From assembly GCA_963743955.1 (NCBI GenBank), contig CAVURR010000014.1, forward strand, positions 241,081-305,080: DNA of 64,000 bases. The letters are read 5' to 3'. This document shows, one piece after another, positions 1-11,589 of this stretch. The translations under genes and the position numbers were made by a program. Position 1 is the stretch's first letter. Every line of letters starts with the position of its first letter. The notes beneath the pieces were generated by a model. It saw nothing but the letters and a program-made list of their open reading frames with translations. It did no database searches and had not been told where the DNA came from. This DNA comes from an uncultured Iamiaceae bacterium (lineage in GTDB: Bacteria > Actinomycetota > Acidimicrobiia > Acidimicrobiales > Iamiaceae).

Positions 1-37
1 CTGGATCCCCCTGGGCGCCGGCGCAGGAGGTGCCGTC

Positions 38-550
38 GTGCGGTGGAACGGCCGTGTCTACGAGGCCGTGGCCGCCGCGCTCGCACGGCGGCCCCGCGCC
101 GACCTGTTCCACTCCACGCTCGAGGTGAGCGTGGGTGGCGTCACCGCCACGGTGGAGATGGCACCGGTGTGGACGAAGAGCGGCGACCGAGGGGTCGTCG
201 CCGAGGGTCCGGTCGGCGCTCGGTTCCTCGGGCGCTCGCGGCTGTTCCGCTACGAGGTCCGTTGCTGGCGGGGCGGCTCGATCCCCGACCTGGCCGCCGC
301 GGTGGGCGGGCCGGTCAGGGTCAGCAGCGATCCGGACACAGCCCGCCGGATCATCGACCTCGTCCCGGAGTTCCCGACCCGCACCTGGGGTCGCGACGAG
401 CTGGGCACGGGCGAGATGTGGAACTCGAACTCGCTGGTGTCGTGGTTGCTCGCCCGCGCCGGGCTCGAGACGACCGACATCGCCCCGCCTTCGGGTGGCC
501 GGGCCCCGGGCTGGGACGCCGGCCTCGTCGCCGCGTCCCGGGCGGGCTGA
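38..550 (+). CDS. hypothetical protein (GTG start at 38; frame is open back to the window start so may be 5' partial)
   Basis: 170-aa ORF with actinobacterial codon bias and no off-frame Arg-rich signature; no recognisable motif. Confidence 0.4.
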   Translation: MRWNGRVYEAVAAALARRPRADLFHSTLEVSVGGVTATVEMAPVWTKSGDRGVVAEGPVGARFLGRSRLFRYEVRCWRGGSIPDLAAAVGGPVRVSSDPDTARRIIDLVPEFPTRTWGRDELGTGEMWNSNSLVSWLLARAGLETTDIAPPSGGRAPGWDAGLVAASRAG

Positions 551-658
551 CGATCCGCCGTCTCGGCGCGCTCGACACGCGCGATGAGGCGTGACGGGCG
601 CGAGCGATGCGCTCCACGCCCGGCGCGATGGCGACGTCGGCTCAGGTTCCGATCGCGG

Positions 659-1436
659 CTACGGTGAAGCGAGCGACCGCTCGGCGCCGTACTCGGGCGT
701 GGCCGCGAGCTGCATCGCCAGCCACAGGTCGTCGCGCTGGAGGCTCAGCTGGCCGGTCCAGAACGCGAGGGCCTCCGGCTCCGGGGCCTGCCGAGCATCT
801 CCTGGAACACCTCGGTCACACGGGTGCGGCGGTGCTCGGGCGACTGGTACAGGCGCAAGGCGGCGAAGACGGGGCCCTTCGTGGCCGCGACGCCGGTCCA
901 GTAGGACGAGCCGGCGGGATCGGGGTCCGTCCGATCATGTCGGCGAAGACGCCCTCGACCCACGGCCCGGGTGCGGCGGCGTGGCGCGTTCACGTACTCG
1001 GTGGATCCGTACACCCTGGCGTTGACCCACGCCAGCGAGTAGCTGGGCGTAGATCGTCGTGTTCACCCAGTACCGCACGCCCTCGTCGTCGGGGGCCCGC
1101 TCGAGCGCCTGGTCGTAGAGCTCGGTGACCTCCTGGGTGATGTTCTCGAGGCCGTAGGCGATCTCGCCAGCCACCCGCCAGCGGGTCGGCGCCCGTCCGC
1201 GAGCGGTCCGACGTACCCCGGGAGCGTCTCCGCGGTCGGCTCCCGTCGACGAGGTCGACGTGGACGGCGCGGACGAAGAAGGCGTCCTCCACCGGCCCGG
1301 CGCCGGCCGGCGACGTCGGGGCGACCAGGGCGACGAGGGTCGCGACGACGAGGCTGGCGGCGAGGGCGACGAGGCTCTGCGGCCGTCCGACCCGACCCCT
1401 CGGGCCTCGGCTGGCGATGTGGGTGCGCACTGACAT
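659..1436 (-). pseudogene. secreted DUF4214-repeat protein, reconstructed across at least 3 frames
   Basis: ATG at 1436 followed by a signal peptide (SLVALAASLVVATLVALVAPTSPAGAGP). DUF4214 motifs TELYDQALERAPDDEGVRYWVNT, VFQEMLGRP and ALAFWTGQLS occur in three different frames. Stop TAG at 659-661 on the minus strand. Confidence 0.5.
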
Positions 1437-1554
1437 CGAGACCTCCCGCGGTCGTGGTCGGCGGACGGTACCCCGGTTCGACGGAGGGCGCGCCTCGACC
1501 GCCGCCGGCCGGCGGTCAGGTGCCGGCGAGGCGCTGCGATCACCGGGGCCATGG

Positions 1555-2471
1555 CGTCGAGGTCGTGGAGGGCGATGCCGATCGATGCCGATGCCGAAGC
1601 GCTCCCGTCGGGCGACGAGGTCGTCGGCGATCTGCTCGACCGACCCGCACAGGGCGTGGGGCGACTCCAGGGCCTCGGCCGGGCTGAGGCCGAAGCCCTC
1701 GGCGAGGAGGTCGGCGGTGCCCTGCCGGTCGTCGGTGACGACCACCAGGTGGATGCGGGTCTGCAGCTCGATCGAGGCGAAGCGGTCGCCGGCGGCCTCG
1801 CGCACCCAGCCGATCTTGCGCTCGGTCGCGTCGGCGGTCGCATCCGGTCCGGCCGAGGCGTCGATGACCCCGCCGGGCAGCGAGGGGTTGAGGCCGACGA
1901 TGTCGGCGTGGCGTCCGGCCAGCTCCAGGACCTTGCGACCGCCGCCCCCGATCACGATCGGCGGATGGGGCCGCTGCACCGGCTTCGGGCTGCCGGACAG
2001 GCCGTCGATCCGGTAGTGCTCGCCCTCGAAGTGGCACGGACCCTCGGAGAAGAGGCCCTTGACCACCTGGACCGCCTCCTCGAGCCGGGCGATGCGCACC
2101 CCCGGGCGGTCGAACGGGATGCCGGCGTGCTCGTAGTCCGAGGTCATCCACCCGGCACCGAGGCCGAGCTCGAAGCGACCGTCGGAGAGCACGTCGAGGG
2201 TGGCCGCCTCCTTGGCCATCACCGCCGGGTGCCGGTAGTCGTTGCACAGCACCATGGCCCCGACCCGCAGGGTGGTGGTGGCGTCGGCCGCGGCCATGAG
2301 GGCGGCGATGGGGGCGAGCTGGTCGTCGAGGTGGTCCGACACCGTCATGCGGTGGACGCCGAGGTCCTCCAGCCGGCGGGCCAGGTCGCGCCAGGCGGTG
2401 CGGCCGACGTCGGTGGGCGACGAGCACTGCACGCCGAAGCGGAACGGGGGGAGGGCGGTGGTGGGGATCAT
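1555..2471 (-). CDS. LLM class F420-dependent oxidoreductase (luciferase-like monooxygenase)
   Basis: N-term MIPTTALPPFRFGVQ, motifs LRVGAMVLCNDYRHPAVMAKEAATLDVLSDGRFELGLGAGW and VEQIADDLVARRERFGIG typical of the Rv2161c-like F420 LLM family. 3' end approximate: the in-frame stop is missing and a GGCATCG repeat sits at ~1580. Confidence 0.7.
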
Positions 2472-2478
2472 CGGTGGG

Positions 2479-3521
2479 TCACCCGTCGGCGAGGGCGGTG
2501 CGGAGGCTGGCGTCGAAGGCGACCTGGGCGGCGTCGAACCCGCCGGCCGAGGCCAGGTGGGCCGCCGATCCCCCGAGGGCGCCGGTGAGGTGGAGCCGGC
2601 CCTGCCGACCCCACTCGTCGTCGACCCAGCGGGCGAAGAAGTGCGGCTCCCGCTCGTCGTGCGAGCGGGGCACCAGGGTGGTCAGCACCTCGTGCAGCTC
2701 GGCGGCCAGCGCGGGGATGCCCTCGCCGGTGCGGGCGCTGGTGCGGTGCACGGGCGGCGGTTCCTCGTCGAAGGGCCGGGCCAGGCCGAGGCTGCCCTTC
2801 AGGTGGTGGTAGCTGCGCTCGGCGCTGGGCTCGTCGCACTTGTTCAGGATGAAGGCGTCGGGGACCTCGATGATGCCGGCCTTGAGGAACTGCACCTCGT
2901 CGCCGCCCAGCGGCTGGAGCACGAGGTAGACGCGGTCCGCGAGGTGGCGGATGTCGGCCTCGCTCTGTCCGATGCCGACCGTCTCGACCACCACGCACCG
3001 GAACAGGCGGGTGAGGAGGCGGCACACCTGGAAGGTCGACGGCGACAGACCCCCGAGCTCGGTGGCCGACGCCTGGCTGCGGAAGAACAGCCGGTCGACT
3101 CGTCGAGCGGGGTGCGCATGCGGGTGCGGTCGCCGAGGAGCGCGCCGCCGGAGATGTGGCTCGACGGGTCGATGGCCAGCACCGCGATGGTGAGCTCGGC
3201 GTCGTCTGCGAGCAGGTCGGTGGTCAGCCGGGAGACCAGGGACGACTTGCCCGAGCCCGGGGTGCCGGTGATGCCGATGATCGTGCACGGCGTGGCATCG
3301 GGTGCGGCGTCGAGGAGGTCGAGCACCGCGGCTCGCTGCTGCGGCGCGGTCGGTCGGGTGTCCTCGAAGATCCCGATCAGGCGGGAGACGGCCGCCTTCT
3401 CCAGTCGGCGGGCCCGCTCGACGAGGTCGCCGAGGTCGGGTGCCGCCGCCCGGTCGTCGAGGTCGTCGGCCGCGCTCACGGCCCCGACCGTACGCGCCCC
3501 CTCCCACCCTCCCCGAACCAC
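2479..3521 (-). CDS. meaB: methylmalonyl-CoA mutase-associated GTPase MeaB/ArgK (one apparent frameshift near 3095)
   Basis: P-loop GITGTPGSGKSSL, LLGDRTRM, then in the other frame FFRSQASATELGGLS, VVETVGIGQSE and NKCD. Fits the MeaB family. Confidence 0.75.
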
Positions 3522-3560
3522 GTCGCGGCGCCGCCCTCGCGGGCGGCGCCGCTCGCGGGC

Positions 3561-6115
3561 CTAGGTGGTGGTGAGGGCCACCTGGAGGCGGTAGCCGTCG
3601 GTGGCGATGTTCCGGTTGCCGACGCCGGGGTACTCGCCGGCGGTGAAGCCGTTGGTGATGGTGTCGTTCACGCCGAAGCGCACCGCGGCCTCCGGGCCCT
3701 GGAGGGCGGCCCAGAACTCGTTGTCGGACTCGGCCGAGACCCCGAACGTGTACTCGACGGTGATGGTCTGGGCCGTGGTGCCGGTGAGGAAGGTGGCCCC
3801 GCTGCCGGTGAAGGGGTACTGGTAGGCCGCGTTCGAGCCGGACGGCTCGACCCAGCCGCTGGACAGGCTCGACGGGTTGAAGCTGAAGGCCTGCCACGCC
3901 CCGGTGCCGATGCGGGCCCGCCCGGTCACGGTGGTGATCGAGCCCCGGGCCCGGTCGCCGCCGCCCGTGCCGTCGCCCTTGATGGTGTGGGCGCCGGCGA
4001 TGGAGTGGGCCAGGTCGATGCGCCAGGTGTCGCCGGCGGCGGGCAGCACGTCGAAGGTGACCCGGCCGGCGGCGGTGGCGCTCAGGCTCTCGCTGTCGGT
4101 GGTGCAGCAGGCGTCGGCCCCGACCATGCCCTCGAGGTCGAGCGAGAGCCCGTCGCCGGAGACCTGCTTGCGGACCCGGTGGCGCCACTCCGACACGTCG
4201 GTGACGACGTCCTTGACCGAGTCCCCGCTGCTGAGGTCGGTGAAGGTGGCGTTGGCGATGCGGGTCTGCGGCGCCGGGTCCAGGTCGGCGTAGAGGACGA
4301 AGGCCTCACCCTGGCGGGCGATCTCGCTCACGCTCAGGTCGAGCCCGAGGAAGGACGGCAGGGGGAAGGCACCGAAGCTGCTGCTGAGCCCGCTGACGAA
4401 GTTCGGGAAGAGGCTCGAGAAGACCGCGGCGGTGGCCGCCTCGTCCGCCCCGATGGCGTTGGTGACGACCCGGGTGGTCGACCTCGGACCCCGACGGCGG
4501 GGTGATGGTCGGGGCCAGCTGGCCGGCGGCCGGGTCGAAGGCCATCGACAGCCCGAGCGGGGCCTCGACGCCGAGCGTCAGCATGTCGATCTCGATCGGC
4601 GTGCCGTTGAAGACCGCGTTCTGCACGAAGCTGATGCGGAGGTCGGCCAGCCGCATCTCGGCCGTCGCCCCACCGGGCCCGCTGGGGTCGTCGGTGAGGA
4701 ACGGGGCGAACTGCGGGTCGACCCGGATGAACACGTCGGCGGTGGGGCTGACCTTGGCGAACTGCGGGACGAGGAACGACAGCACCCCGGGGGTCACCGG
4801 CACCACGGTGCCGCCCAGGTCGATCTCGTGCAGCTCCTGGTTGAGCAGCCCGCACTCGGTCATCGACGACAGCAGCTGGTTGAACGCCGAGGTGGAGATC
4901 ACCAGCCCGAGTCCGTAGGGCTGGCCGGACGGCGTGGTGCCACCCAGCGTCGGGTAGGCGCCGGGGACGTGGAAGCTGGACGTGAGGTCCGGGGCGCCGG
5001 CGGCCTGGACGCACTGGCCGGGACCGGTGCCGAAGGTGGCCTGGAAGTCGGCGTCGGCCCGCATGTCGATGGCGGTGGCCGTCTCGTTGATCTGGGTGAA
5101 GGGCGCGTCGAGGCGGGCCTGCACCGCGTCGCCGACCGAGCCGGCGATGGAGATCTGGGCCAGGGCGGTCTCGATGGCGTCGGCGACGGGCGAGTCGGCC
5201 GGGCCGGAGCCGTCGGGGTCGCCCAGCTGGGTCTGGAAGCCGCTGGCGATCTCCTCCTCGATCAGGTCGCCGGCGAGGCTGTTGATGATCGACGCCGAGG
5301 AGGAAGGTGCTCGGGTCGCAGATGCCGGAGATGAACTCGTAGGTGACGCCGGTGAGCGTCACCGCCGGGGTGCCGACCATGTTCACGTCGACGTGGCTGG
5401 CGTCGCCGGGGGCGGGCCGCAGGTCGAAGCGGGCCGCGATCGAGGTGGTCGGGATCTGGAGCTCGAGCTTGCAGGGGCCGTTGAGGAGCGGGCCGCTGAG
5501 CTGGAGGTCGAGGCCGAGGTAGAGGTTGGTGACGGTGATGGGCGTCGACACGCCGGTGGCGGTGCTGCTGGCCCCGACCGACACGCTCTCGGCGCCGCCC
5601 TCGTAGGCGCGCCCGGTCATGGTGTGGCCGAGTGCCACGTCGCTGGGCGGGAGCAGCGGGTCCTGGGCCAGGATCAGCCCGCTGATGTCGAAGGCGCCGC
5701 CGGCCAGGTCGTTGATGACCGGGCCGAGGCCGGCGAGGCCGGCGTTGGTGAAGCGCATGCCGACGCCGTCGGGGGAGTAGGCGCCGTCGTCGACGTGCGG
5801 GCCGTTCACGACCGCGGTCTGCTGGGTGTACTCGGTGCCGTCCGGGGCGGTGTAGGTGGCGAGGACGACGGTGACGTACCCGACCGGGCTGGCCGGGATG
5901 TCGGCCTCCCAGTCGCGGGCGGCGGTGAAGGTGCCGGCCACGCCGTTCACGTCGATGGTGCCGCCGGTGGGGACGTTGTCCGGCAACGTCCCGGTGACGG
6001 TGATGGTGCTCTCGTCGGTGATCGTCCCCGGGAGCGGCGACGTGATCATGGTGACGTCGCACGCCGTGAGGGCGAGCAGGAGCACGGCCGTGAGCGCAAG
6101 GCCCAGTCGCTTCAT
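3561..6115 (-). pseudogene. large secreted lipoprotein (~850 aa), frame changes near 5283 and 4440
   Basis: MKRLGLALTAVLLLALTAC lipobox at 6115. Thr/Gly-rich beta-rich sequence continues in three frames and ends at TAG 3561-3563. No enzymatic motif recognised. Confidence 0.5.
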
Positions 6116-6251
6116 GTGGTTCCCCTGATGTGCTGCGTTCCGCCGCGGACCGCCCGCGTTCGGTGGCGGGAGTGTCACACGTCACGTGTCGGAAAGGCAA
6201 GGAACGCGTTCGATTCTCACGGAGGGTGCATGAAGCACGCCCTCCGTGGGG

Positions 6252-8307
6252 TCAGGCCGGGGAGCCGCGGCCCTCGATCACGTCGACGATCGACTCCATG
6301 ATGTCCATGAGGTCGTAGTCGGCCGGCGTGAACACCCGCTCGACGCCCATGGCGGCTCGAGCGTCGGCGACGTCGCCGGCGGGGATGATGCCGCCGACCA
6401 CGACGTGCGACGTCGGCGGCGTCGTGCTTCTCCAGCCCGTCGATGATCTGCTGGGCCAGCTCGAGGTGGCTGCCCGGAGAGGACCGACGCGCCGATCAGG
6501 TCGACGCCCTCCTCGACCGCGGACTGCACGATCTCGGCCGGGCTGAGGCGGATGCCGGAGTAGACGACGTCGAAGCCGACGTGGCGGGCCGACACCGCGA
6601 TGACCTCGGCGCCGTTGGAGTGGCCGTCGAGGCCGGGCTTGCCGACGAGGATGCGCGGGCGGTGGCCCAGGCGCGTCGGCGAGCGCGTCGACCCGGTCGC
6701 GCAGCGGCCTCGACCCGGTCGCCGGTCGAGGCCGAGCTGCTGGCCGTCGACGCCGGTGGCCGGGCGGTACTCGCCGAACACCTCGCGCAGGGCGCCGGCC
6801 CACTCGCCGGTGGTGACCCGGGCGAGGGCGCACTCGATCGACGGCTCCATCATCGACTGCGCCGCTCGCGGGCCGCGTCCTTGAGCGCCGTCGAGCGCGG
6901 CCGCGGCCCGGGCCGGCGTCGCGGGTCGGCGCGGGCCTGCGTCGAGGCCGTCGACCGCGTCGGCGTACGGCCGACGTCGTCGACCTTGAAGATGCCGCCG
7001 TCGTCGCCGCCGAGCAGCGGCGAGGGGATGCCGTCGGTCCACCGGTTGAGGCCGACCACGATCTGCTCGCCGGTGTTGATGCGCGCTCATGCGCTCGCTC
7101 ATCGAGCGCACCAGCGCCGACTTCATGTAGCCGGACTCGATGGCCGGGATGACGCCGCCCATGCCGAGGATGCGTCTCGATCTCGGCCCGCGCCTCGCGC
7201 CTTGAGCTCGTCGACCTTGGACTCGACGACGAGGGAGCCCTCGAACAGGTCGGGGTACTCGAGCAGGTCGGTCTCGTAGGCGAGGATCTGCTGGAGGCGC
7301 AGCGACCACTGCTGGTCCCACGGGCGGGGCAGCGACAGCGCCTCGTTCCACGCCGGCAGCTGGAGCGCGCGGGCCGCGGGCGTCACGGCTCAGGGTGACG
7401 CCGAGGGCCTCGATCAGGATGCGCCAGGCGTTGTTCTCGGGCTGCACCTCGGTGAGGCCCAGCGAGTTGACCTGCACGCCGTAGCGGAAGCGGCGGTACT
7501 TCGGGTCGGTGACGCCGAAGCGGTCGCGGGTGTACTCGTCCCACAGCTCGCCGAAGGCGCGCATCTTGCACATCTCCTCGACGAAGCGGATGCCGGCGTT
7601 CACGAAGAAGGAGATGCGCCCGACGGCCCGCTCGAACTGGTCGTCGTCGAAGTGGCCGCGCTCCTCGAGCAGGTCGAGGAGGCTGATGGCGTTGGCCAGG
7701 GCGAAGGCGAGCTCCTGGGTCGGCGTCGCGCGCCGCCTCCTGCAGGTGGTACGAGCAGATGTTGGAGGCGTTCCAGCGGGGATCTCCTCCAGGCAGAACT
7801 CGTACATCTCGGCGATGATCCGCAGGCTCTGCTCGGGCGGGAAGATGTAGGTCCCGCGGGCCAGGTACTCCTTGATCAGGTCGTTCTGGGTGGTGCCGGT
7901 CAGCTGCGACGATGTCGACGCCGCGCTCGCGGGCCAGGGCGACGTACAGCGCCAGCAGCCACATGGCCGTGCCGTTGATCGTCATCGAGGTGTTCATCTT
8001 CTCGATGGGGATCTCGTCGAACAGCACGTGGAAGTCGTCGAGGCTGTTGATCGGCACGCCGACCTTGCCGACCTCGGGCCGGGCGATCGGGTCGTCGGAG
8101 TCGTAGCCGCACTGGGTGGGCAGGTCGAAGGCGATCGACAGCCCGGTCTGCCCGGCGGCCAGGTTCTTCCGGTAGAGCTCGTTCGACGCCTTCGGGCTGC
8201 GAGTGGCCCGCGTAGGTGCGGATGATCCACGGACGGTCCCGGGTGGGGAGGCCGTCGGCGTCGTAGAGGCGGTGGGCCTCCCGCTCCATGGACGGGTCGT
8301 CGCTCAT
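6252..8307 (-). pseudogene. mutB: methylmalonyl-CoA mutase large subunit with C-terminal B12-binding domain, at least 5 frame changes
   Basis: MSDDPSMEREAHRLYDADGLPTRDRPWIIRTYAGHS at 8307; IPIEKMNTSMTINGTAMWLLALYVALARERG; ELAFALANAISLLDLLEERG; RPRILVGKPGLDGHSNGAEVIAV; HVVVGGIIPAGDVADARAAMGVERVFTP. All are MCM hallmarks but lie in different frames. Confidence 0.75.
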
Positions 8308-8358
8308 GGCAGACAACGGTACGTCCGGGACGGGAGGCCCCCCTAGTCCACGCGCCGG

Positions 8359-9112
8359 GTCAGCGGGCGCCGCGGCCCTTGACCAGGGCGGCACCGCCGG
8401 CGGCCAGGCCGAGGCCGCCCATCACGACGCCGGCCACGGCCAGGCCGTCGGAGCCCCCGTCGTCGCTGTCGGCGTCGGACGACGCGGCCTCGGTGGTGGC
8501 GGTCTCCTCGGCGTCGCCGTCCTCCTCGGTGGCCTCCTCGTCGGCGGCGTCGCGCCGTGGCCGTCGCCCTCGACCTCACCGACGGCGACCACGACCGCCG
8601 GGTGCTCCGGCTCCTCCTCGCCCTCGATCGGGCACCTCGATCCAGGCCGTCTCGGCGGTCGGGCACGACTGCACGATCGGGAACACGAGGTCCTCGCCCG
8701 GCGTCTCGGGGGCCTGGAAGCCGACCGTGAAGACCTGGCGGAACGGCGACGGCAGCTCGTTGCCGGGCTGCGCGGTCCAGGTGATCTCCGAGACCCGCTC
8801 GGTCTGGTGCTCGCCGTGGGCGGTCTCGACCGGCTCGTCGAGCGCGGTGATGGTCGTCTCGGCGTCCCAGCCCGCGACCACCTGGGGAGCGGCGTTGAGG
8901 ATGGCCTCGGGGATGGGGATGGCGATGGCCGTGGTCGGCTCGTCCTCGCAGCCGTGGGGGACGGTGAAGGTGACCTGGGTGTAGGCCCCGGCGGGGACCT
9001 CGCCCTTGTCGCCGCTGATGTGGGCGCCGGCGGGGAGGGCCCCGGCCGCCAGGGCGAGGAGCCCGGCGCCGACGAGGCCGAGGCCGATGCGGTGGGGTGT
9101 GCGGGTGGTCAT
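8359..9112 (-). pseudogene. ycnI: YcnI-like DUF1775 copper-binding protein with C-terminal TM anchor (2 frame changes in the C-terminal third)
   Basis: Signal peptide, then HISGDKGEVPAGAYTQVTFTVPHGCEDEPTTAIAIPIPE (DUF1775 His brace). Acidic linker and anchor GLAVAGVVMGGLGLAAGGAALVKG found in shifted frames. Stop at 8359-8361. Confidence 0.65.
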
Positions 9113-9191
9113 GGGTGTGCTCTCCAGGGTTGGTGTGAGTGGGTGAGAAGGGTGGTGGGTGTGGTCGGTGAGGGGTGGCGGTCGGTGCCGG

Positions 9192-10815
9192 TCAGGCGAC
9201 GATGCGGACCTCGAAGGACGAGGTGAGCTCCTCGAAGCGGGAGGTCCGGGCGGCCACGTCGACGGTCCAGGTGCCGGCGATGGTCATGTCGCTCCCGTCG
9301 ACGACCCAGTGGCCGGGGCCGGCGGCGAGCGGGGTCCGCGCGATCGGGGCCACGTCGGCCGACGGCAGCGACAGGCGCACCGCGACCTCCTCGGCCTCGA
9401 GCAGGGCGCCGTCGGCGTCGTAGAGGAAGAGGTGGCCCTCGGCCTGCCCGGCGCGAGTGGGGTCGATGGTCAGCTCGGCGCGCCCGTCGCCGAGCGGGGC
9501 CTCGTCGGAGAAGGGCGCGGCGACCGCGGCGCGGGCCGGGGTGACGTCGACCAGCACCGCGGTGGCGCCGACCACGGTCAGGAGCACCAGGGCCTCGGCG
9601 GCGAGGGTGCGGCGCAGCACCCGGGTGACCGGCTCGGGGACGGGTCCCCGGCGCGGAGGCGTCGAGGACGGGGACGACGCGGTAGCGGTTGATGCCTCCG
9701 AGGGCGGCGGCGACCCCGACGAGCACCACCTTGGCGATCAGCAGCTGCCCGTAGGTGGTGGTGAGGAGGGCGTCGGCGCTGCGCACCTGGGTCCACCCGA
9801 GGGCGCCCCCGGCGATGCCCACGACGAGCAGGGCGCCGCCGGCGAGGGGGGAGAAGCGGACCACGACCGCCCCCCACGCGCCGGCCTCCCGGCGGCGCGC
9901 GGTGGCCACCGACCAGGCAGCCGACGATGCCGCCGAACCACACCGAGGCCGCGACGACGTGGGCGGCGTCGGCGCCGACCGCGACCAGCCATGGCGAGGT
10001 CGCGGCGGTGTGCCCCGACAGGGCGAGGGCGATCCCCACCGCGATCGCCGCGCCCGCGCTCGACAGCCGGTCGCGGCCCCCGTCGACGACGGCGAACAGC
10101 AGGGCCAGCCCGGCGAGCCCGAGGGTGAGCCCGACCCGGTCGGCCAGGACCTGGCCCAGCACGCCCTCGTCGAGCACCGAGCCCGGTCCGCGGCCGGTGG
10201 CCAGCGCCGCCCGCAGGGGGACCTCGACGAGGAGCCCGAGGGCGGCGAGCCCGGCGGCGACGCGCTGGAGCCGCCGGAGCCGACCGGCCTCGTCGCCTCC
10301 GTCGTGGGCGAAGGCGAGGAACGTCCCCAGGCCCACGGCGAGGAGCAGCCCGAGCAGCCCGACCCCCCGGGCCACCGTCGCCGCGACGCGCCAGGGGCCG
10401 TCATCGCTGCCCACCAGGGCGGCCACCACGGAGTCGTCGAGGGCCCGGGCGCCGGATCCGACGGTGAAGGTCGTCGACCCGTCGATCGGGTGGCTGTCGG
10501 CGGAGACGGCCCGCCAGGCGACGACGAAGGCGCCGTCGTCGAGGGTCGCGAGCTCGATCCTGGCCGTGTGACCGGACACCTCGGGCCGGCCCCGGTCGAC
10601 CCGATCGCCGTCGCTGGTCGAGCACCCGGATGCCATCGAGGCCCATCGAGATGTCCTCGGTGAAGGTCAGCTCCACCTCGCCGGGCGCCTCGTCGAGCCT
10701 CGCCCCGTCGGTGGGCGTCGTCGACACCAGCGACGGCGTGGGCGCCGGCGGGCGCGGCCGGGCCGAGCACCCCGAGCAGGGCGACCGCGGCGATGGCGGT
10801 GAGGGGGACCAGGAC
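9192..10815 (-). pseudogene. ycnJ: CopC-CopD fusion copper transporter (YcnJ-like) with C-terminal CopD-associated domain; frame changes near 10625, 9880 and 9610; 5' boundary uncertain
   Basis: CopC: SLVSTTPTDGARLDEAPGEVELTFTEDISMGLDGIRVLDQ and VAWRAVSADSHPIDGSTTFTVG. CopD: multi-TM segment with SGHTAATSPWLVAV...HVVAASVWFGGIVG and GINRYRVVPVL. A C-terminal domain sits in a third frame. Confidence 0.65.
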
Positions 10816-10866
10816 GGCCGGGCAGCCGTCCGATCCCCGCCCTGGAGCGGCGACGGGTGGGGAGGC

Positions 10867-11510
10867 TCACGACGCGGGGAGGGCTCCGTGGCCGTGGCCG
10901 TGGCCGTGATCGTGGCCGTGGCGGTCGGAGCGCGGCCGCACCTCCACCGCGGCGAGCAGCCCCACGCCGACCAGGTCGAGGACGTGGTGGGCCTCGGCGC
11001 CGGTGCCGGTGCCCCCGCCGACGAGGTCGAGGACGGTGGAGAGGAGGATCGCCGCCGGCGAACGCGAGGGCGAAGGGGAGGAGGCCGCTGGCGAGCCGAG
11101 GCCGCCAGGCGACGCTCAGCAGGCCGACGCCGACGGCCAGCTCGAAGGCCGCCATCTCCCGGGCCATGTGCAGCGACATGCCGGTCGCGTCGCCGGTCAG
11201 GAGGGCGGGGAGGGCGAGGACGACCTGGGTCAGCCCGACCGCGAGCAGGGCGTAGCGGACGCCCTCGCGCACCCGCCGGGGGCGGGCGGAGGCCGGGATC
11301 GAGGCGAGGATGGCGTCGGTGCGGTCGGCCACGAGCGGGAGCGGCCTGGAGCCGGGCCTGCCGGTGCAGCACGACCGCGGAGGCCTCCCACGCCCGGCAG
11401 TCGGCGCACCCGGCGAGGTGGGCGTCGAGGGCGTCGGCGTCGACGCCGGGGGGCAGGGGCTCGCCGTCGAGGCGGGCGGACACGGCCTCACGGGACAGAT
11501 CGCAGCGCAT
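10867..11510 (-). CDS. zf-HC2 anti-sigma factor: cytoplasmic HxxxCxxC domain, one TM, C-terminal His-rich tail (one apparent frameshift near 11340)
   Basis: MRCDLSREAVSARLDGE...HLAGCADCRAWE (RsrA-like zinc motif). TM: VRYALLAVGLTQVVLALPALLTG. Tail translated directly from the DNA ends RPRSDRHGHDHGHGHGHGALPAS before TGA at 10867. Confidence 0.55.
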
Positions 11511-11589
11511 GGGTTGGTGGTCGTCGCGTCGGCCCGTCCGGTTCCCGGGGTGGCCGCGGTTCCGTCCCCGATCCGCGACACTCCTGCGC

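Noticed and set aside
9109-10770. 553-aa minus-strand ORF rich in Arg/Pro/Gly overlapping the copCD region; similar ORFs at 16102-17187, 35407-35949, 8343-8666 and 6252-6833
   Set aside because: In a 70% GC genome the off-frames of real genes stay open and translate to RRRGRP-type low-complexity sequence. These ORFs lack motifs. They shadow copCD, the flippase and mutB, whose motifs are in other frames.
10867-10930. HGHDHGHGHGHG tract considered as a separate small metallochaperone gene
   Set aside because: It is in frame with, and directly continues, the extracytoplasmic segment of the anti-sigma factor up to the TGA at 10867. No independent start or RBS is present.
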